This document shows, one piece after another, positions 23,791-24,000 of a stretch of 24,000 nt of DNA. The notes under the pieces are model-generated. The model searched no databases. It was not told the DNA's origin and worked only from the letters and a program-made list of their open reading frames with translations. This stretch comes from Thermoplasmatota archaeon. GTDB lineage: Archaea > Thermoplasmatota > E2 > DHVEG-1. Both the position numbers and the translations under genes were made by a program. The DNA lies in NCBI GenBank assembly GCA_030616985.1, contig JAUWWG010000014.1, positions 1 to 24,000 on the forward strand, written 5' to 3'. Within the stretch, counting starts at the first letter, position 1; every line of letters begins with the position of its first letter.

Positions 23791-24000
23791 ATGATGCCTA
23801 TTATTAGGATGCATTCAAGAGATGGGTTGCTAACCAGGGCTATTTCACTAAAGGCATTAGCAATAATTATTCTAATTTTCATACCATTTTTACTCTCTGG
23901 CATAACTTTTTCACAGGCAACTACAGTTGAAGAGACTAATTCTGAAGAACAACATGTATCTTCCAATAACCCTGTTTTTATAGCTGGTGACTTCCAGTAT
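23791..24000 (+). CDS. 5' part of another signal-peptide protein, running off the window
   Basis: My own translation is MMPIIRMHSRDGLLTRAISLKALAIIILIFIPFLLSGITFSQATTVEETNSEEQHVSSNNPVFIAGDFQY..., open to the window end. TATA-like atatttatattt lies at about 23774-23785, so the real start may be the ATG at 23809 with little or no leader. Confidence 0.5.
   Translation, partial: MMPIIRMHSRDGLLTRAISLKALAIIILIFIPFLLSGITFSQATTVEETNSEEQHVSSNNPVFIAGDFQY

Overview
AT-rich archaeal (probably euryarchaeal) chromosome segment in four parts. (1) 1-10.7 kb is an archaellum locus. flaG-like, flaH, two tandem flaI paralogs and flaJ lie on the + strand. They converge on five tandem archaellin genes on the - strand, which carry mosaic, gene-conversion-like repeat modules. 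(2) 11-14.8 kb holds housekeeping-type genes: a Ski2/HelY-like DExH helicase, a 58-aa AbrB/SpoVT-fold ORF on the - strand that the ORF track misses, a TSUP/TauE permease and a small membrane protein. (3) 14.8-18.8 kb is a decay zone. It has 1.35 kb without an intact gene (two long hairpins, two 3' gene relics), a histidine kinase interrupted by one in-frame TAG, and a multiply disrupted tyrosine integrase next to tRNA-Ser(CGA). A ThiS/MoaD/SAMP-like ubiquitin-fold ORF ending in GG follows, then tRNA-Glu(CUC), then a second integrase C-terminal relic whose frame runs antisense into the tRNA-Glu 3' half. (4) 18.8-24 kb is a compact cluster of signal-peptide or membrane-anchored proteins rich in N-glycosylation sequons, plus a polytopic membrane PAS protein. 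I cannot place any of them in a named family. This cluster, beside the tRNA/integrase relic, is my best candidate for an undescribed system. No CRISPR array, rRNA or intact mobile element was seen.
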